DNA of 64,000 nt. It comes from Selaginella moellendorffii. Taxonomy: Eukaryota > Plantae > Lycopodiophyta. Position 1 is the first letter of the stretch. Each line of letters opens with the position of its first letter. Position numbers and translations under genes: made by a program. This document shows positions 61,186 through 64,000 of the stretch, piece by piece. The notes under the pieces are model-generated. The model did no database searches and was not told the origin of the DNA. It saw only the letters and a program-made list of their open reading frames with translations. The DNA lies in NCBI RefSeq assembly GCF_000143415.4, contig NW_003314262.1, positions 6,080,771 to 6,144,770 of the forward strand. The letters are read 5' to 3'.

Positions 61186-61259
61186 TGGAATGAGAATGAC
61201 ATCATGGAAGCTAATGTTTAGATAAAATGGAGGTGATCTTAGAATCATACAGACTTACA

Positions 61260-62510
61260 AGCTGGCCTGGTTCGATGGTGGTGTGGATTTGTGATGAACA
61301 GGAACGCCCGCATCGAGCTTGTCAAATCGTGCAAGTAGTTTCCGACGTCTACCAGCTGGTTTTTTATGCCCGGTCCGGCGAGCTGGGCGATGCCGCGTGA
61401 TTGTTTGATGCAATGCCGGAGGTGGATCTGGCATCCTGGACTGCGATGCTGGGAGCATTTGCCCAGGTTGGTGATCTGGAGAATTCAAGTTTGATGCAAT
61501 GCTGGAACACGATGTCGTGTCGTGACTCGTGCAAGAACATCTGCTCCAAGACCTAGCCGAATGAAGCGGTTAACAGGCCAGGGCAGCCAATTACCTAGTG
61601 AACCCTCAAGGTTTGAATCAATTTTGTGTTTGTGATTACCATTGGTACTCTTTTTCTGGACTTCACTCAATAAAATCTACTTTTTTTTCCTTTATTTTTC
61701 CTATGTTATGTTATGTTACAAAATACTTAAAACTGTACTTAAATACACCCATAGTCTCGTGGACCAAAATGAGTTCCTCCACATTCTCCTGGCATGGCAA
61801 CATGCATGAGGCAAATGAGATCCCATCTGGGCTCCCAATCATGCCAAAAGATCTGGAAAGCATCACTGAACTCTATGCTATAGGCAAATGCTAGCCAACA
61901 AGAGCAAAGATCCTGCTCTGGGACAAAGACGAGCTTGGCATGATCCAAATGCCTGTGTTGGGCAAGCATTGTGATGAGGCTTGTCCAGGAGATGAGATCA
62001 CGTTCTGGCATAGCAAAAAAAGCACAAAGGAATTCCTCTATATCAAGTTCCACATCACTATAAATTTGCTCACAACATTTTCAATTTGCCTGTATGGTGC
62101 AAGGAGAGAGTCTTATAACACTATTCTTATGTTTACAGATCTAAGACTAAGGAAACAACCATTCCTAGAAGAGCCTCCAAGGGAAAAATAAATAAAAAAT
62201 AGTGCCACCCTCACAGAATCTAAGTAAAATATTGAGCTTTAGCAAAGAAGAAAACAAAAACAAAACAAAAAAACAAAAAAGCCTTCACACAAGCAAAGGC
62301 AAAAGAGTCCACAGCGGTTCAGTCTTAGAATTTATTTCCATAACATTGAAAATGCTCCAAAACTGAGCCATCAGCACCAAAAGGCATTGAATAAACAAGT
62401 TCCAAATCCCAGCTCTTCCCAACAAACTGATTAGGCAGCTATAGTAGCTTGGATGGAAAATCTGTTGAGGATGGCCAGCCTTCAATGCCATGTGATCTCT
62501 CTCGCTCACA
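61260..62510. pseudogene. Decayed PPR gene fragments on both strands
   Basis: + strand FDAMPEVDLASWTAMLGAFAQ (~61405-61470); - strand MPERDLISWTSLITMLAQHRHL and YSCLISLLGRAG; frameshifted. Confidence 0.7.
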
Positions 62511-63702
62511 TCTTGCTTGGTAACACTACAAAGGAGAGAAGGCGAAGTGTGGAACTTTTGATCATTTAATTAGATCTAGATATGCATACAAAGAATCTCT
62601 GAAATCTTTCTTTCTAGGCCAAGTCTTAGATCTGTGTGGAGAAAGTCAGTTCATTCATTGTTCATAGAGAGCCATTTCCACTGAAATAAATAGATTAACT
62701 AATGCCATTGCCACCCATAGTAGTATATATGGTATATCCCATTGTGAACTTCTGTAACCTGATCTTTTGAAGGTAGTCCAAATGCAAACTAAATGTCCTT
62801 GGGAATATGATGTTAATGTATGAAGTTACTTAATGTCATGTGATGACCATGGCATAGTGGCATGTACATTTTCCCTCTTCAATTTTAAATTTTAAGACAT
62901 TATGTTTATGCTAGTAATTTGCCCAGCTAATGTTGGTAGTTAGCAAACCCTCTCAAACTTGCCAACAAACTAGTCCATGACTTCACATACAACTCAATCA
63001 TTTCACAATTGTCACTGATTGATCCCTAACTGCCTGAAGTAAAACAATTTAGATTTTGTATAATCCAAACAACATGAAAACACTTCACTCTTAAGTCACG
63101 ACTTTTCTGATAGAGGATACTTCCAAGTTACAACTTGAGACCACATCTTGTGCAAAGATGTCAATCCCACCTTTGTGCGGAGAAAGAAGAAAAAACTTCT
63201 TAACCAGCTCTTGAACATATGTTCAAAGACAACCTTTATGTGCATGAATAAAATAAGGAAAACATATGTGTTTTTAGTTGTCAAACTCGAGAGAGCTGAG
63301 AGTTTAAATTTTTTTCCCAATCCTCCTGATTAGAATAAATATATCAAGTGTTGGTAAGGCATGACATCTACAATTGTCTTTTCTCTTTGTGAGGATTGGG
63401 CATAGGGAACATTTGATGCCCTGGAGCTGTGATGGCTTGGCATGATGCCAAGCTGTGTCTAAGATGATCTGCCCAAAAGAGAAATGAAAGAGGGCAAAAA
63501 TAAATTTATAGTGGTCTCACAATGCAATTCCTATGTATGTAGCTCTAATTTTTGATTATTTTGGATCAGAATTCTGATCCTTGGCTCTTTAGGTGGGCAG
63601 GTTGGGTGGATATAATTATTGGAAAACTTTTATGGATGGCCAATGGGAGGCTAGCACATCTTGGCTGAGTGAGATAAGACAAGACTTTCACACATGTCTT
63701 GT

Positions 63703-63810
<108 letters not shown>

Positions 63811-64000
63811 AATTGTTCATCTCTTGTCAACTAGAATTTCAGATGTTATATAACATGGATCTAATTCCACATTTCTTAGAGTTCTTGTTAAGGTAAATTG
63901 CTCTAGAGAGACTGCATTGCATATTGCATTATTATATTAAATATGTTGTACTATATTAATCTATGAATAGAGAGATCGACCCGTCATCCTGGTATCTAAA

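Overview
Compact land-plant nuclear DNA with ~55-nt introns, intronless PPR genes built from tandem 31-aa motifs, and GC-rich exons; this pattern points to a lycophyte such as Selaginella (inference). Genes in order: SBP-box/SPL (-, with a miR156/529 site), two head-to-head PPR-E genes, a small secreted-peptide gene, a GH17-X8 beta-1,3-glucanase, a PPR, and an ARP (AS1/RS2/PHAN) R2R3-MYB. A degraded block at 16-39 kb holds a Ty1/copia element, a PPR-DYW pseudogene, an orphan gene, a Ty3/gypsy element and further retroelement remnants. Then follow an LRR-XI receptor pseudokinase, NDUFA13, a PPR, a TMEM135-like gene, pullulanase, an inositol 5-phosphatase, NTMT1 and PPR fragments. Standout observation: upstream of the ARP gene, on the same strand (15142-15803), is an array of 17 micro-ORF units spaced about 40 nt apart. 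Fourteen are intact ATG-(1-7 variable codons)-Arg(CGC/CGT)-stop ORFs: MAPLR, MSVCR, MAVAIR, MASLGR, MLR, MSITR, MAGFDISIR, MAGFR, MAACR, MARFTR, MLAFR, MASLSR, MAAMR, MAVR. Only the start, the terminal Arg-stop and the reading frame are conserved. All are below the size cutoff of the ORF track. This is a candidate undescribed translational-control or micropeptide system.
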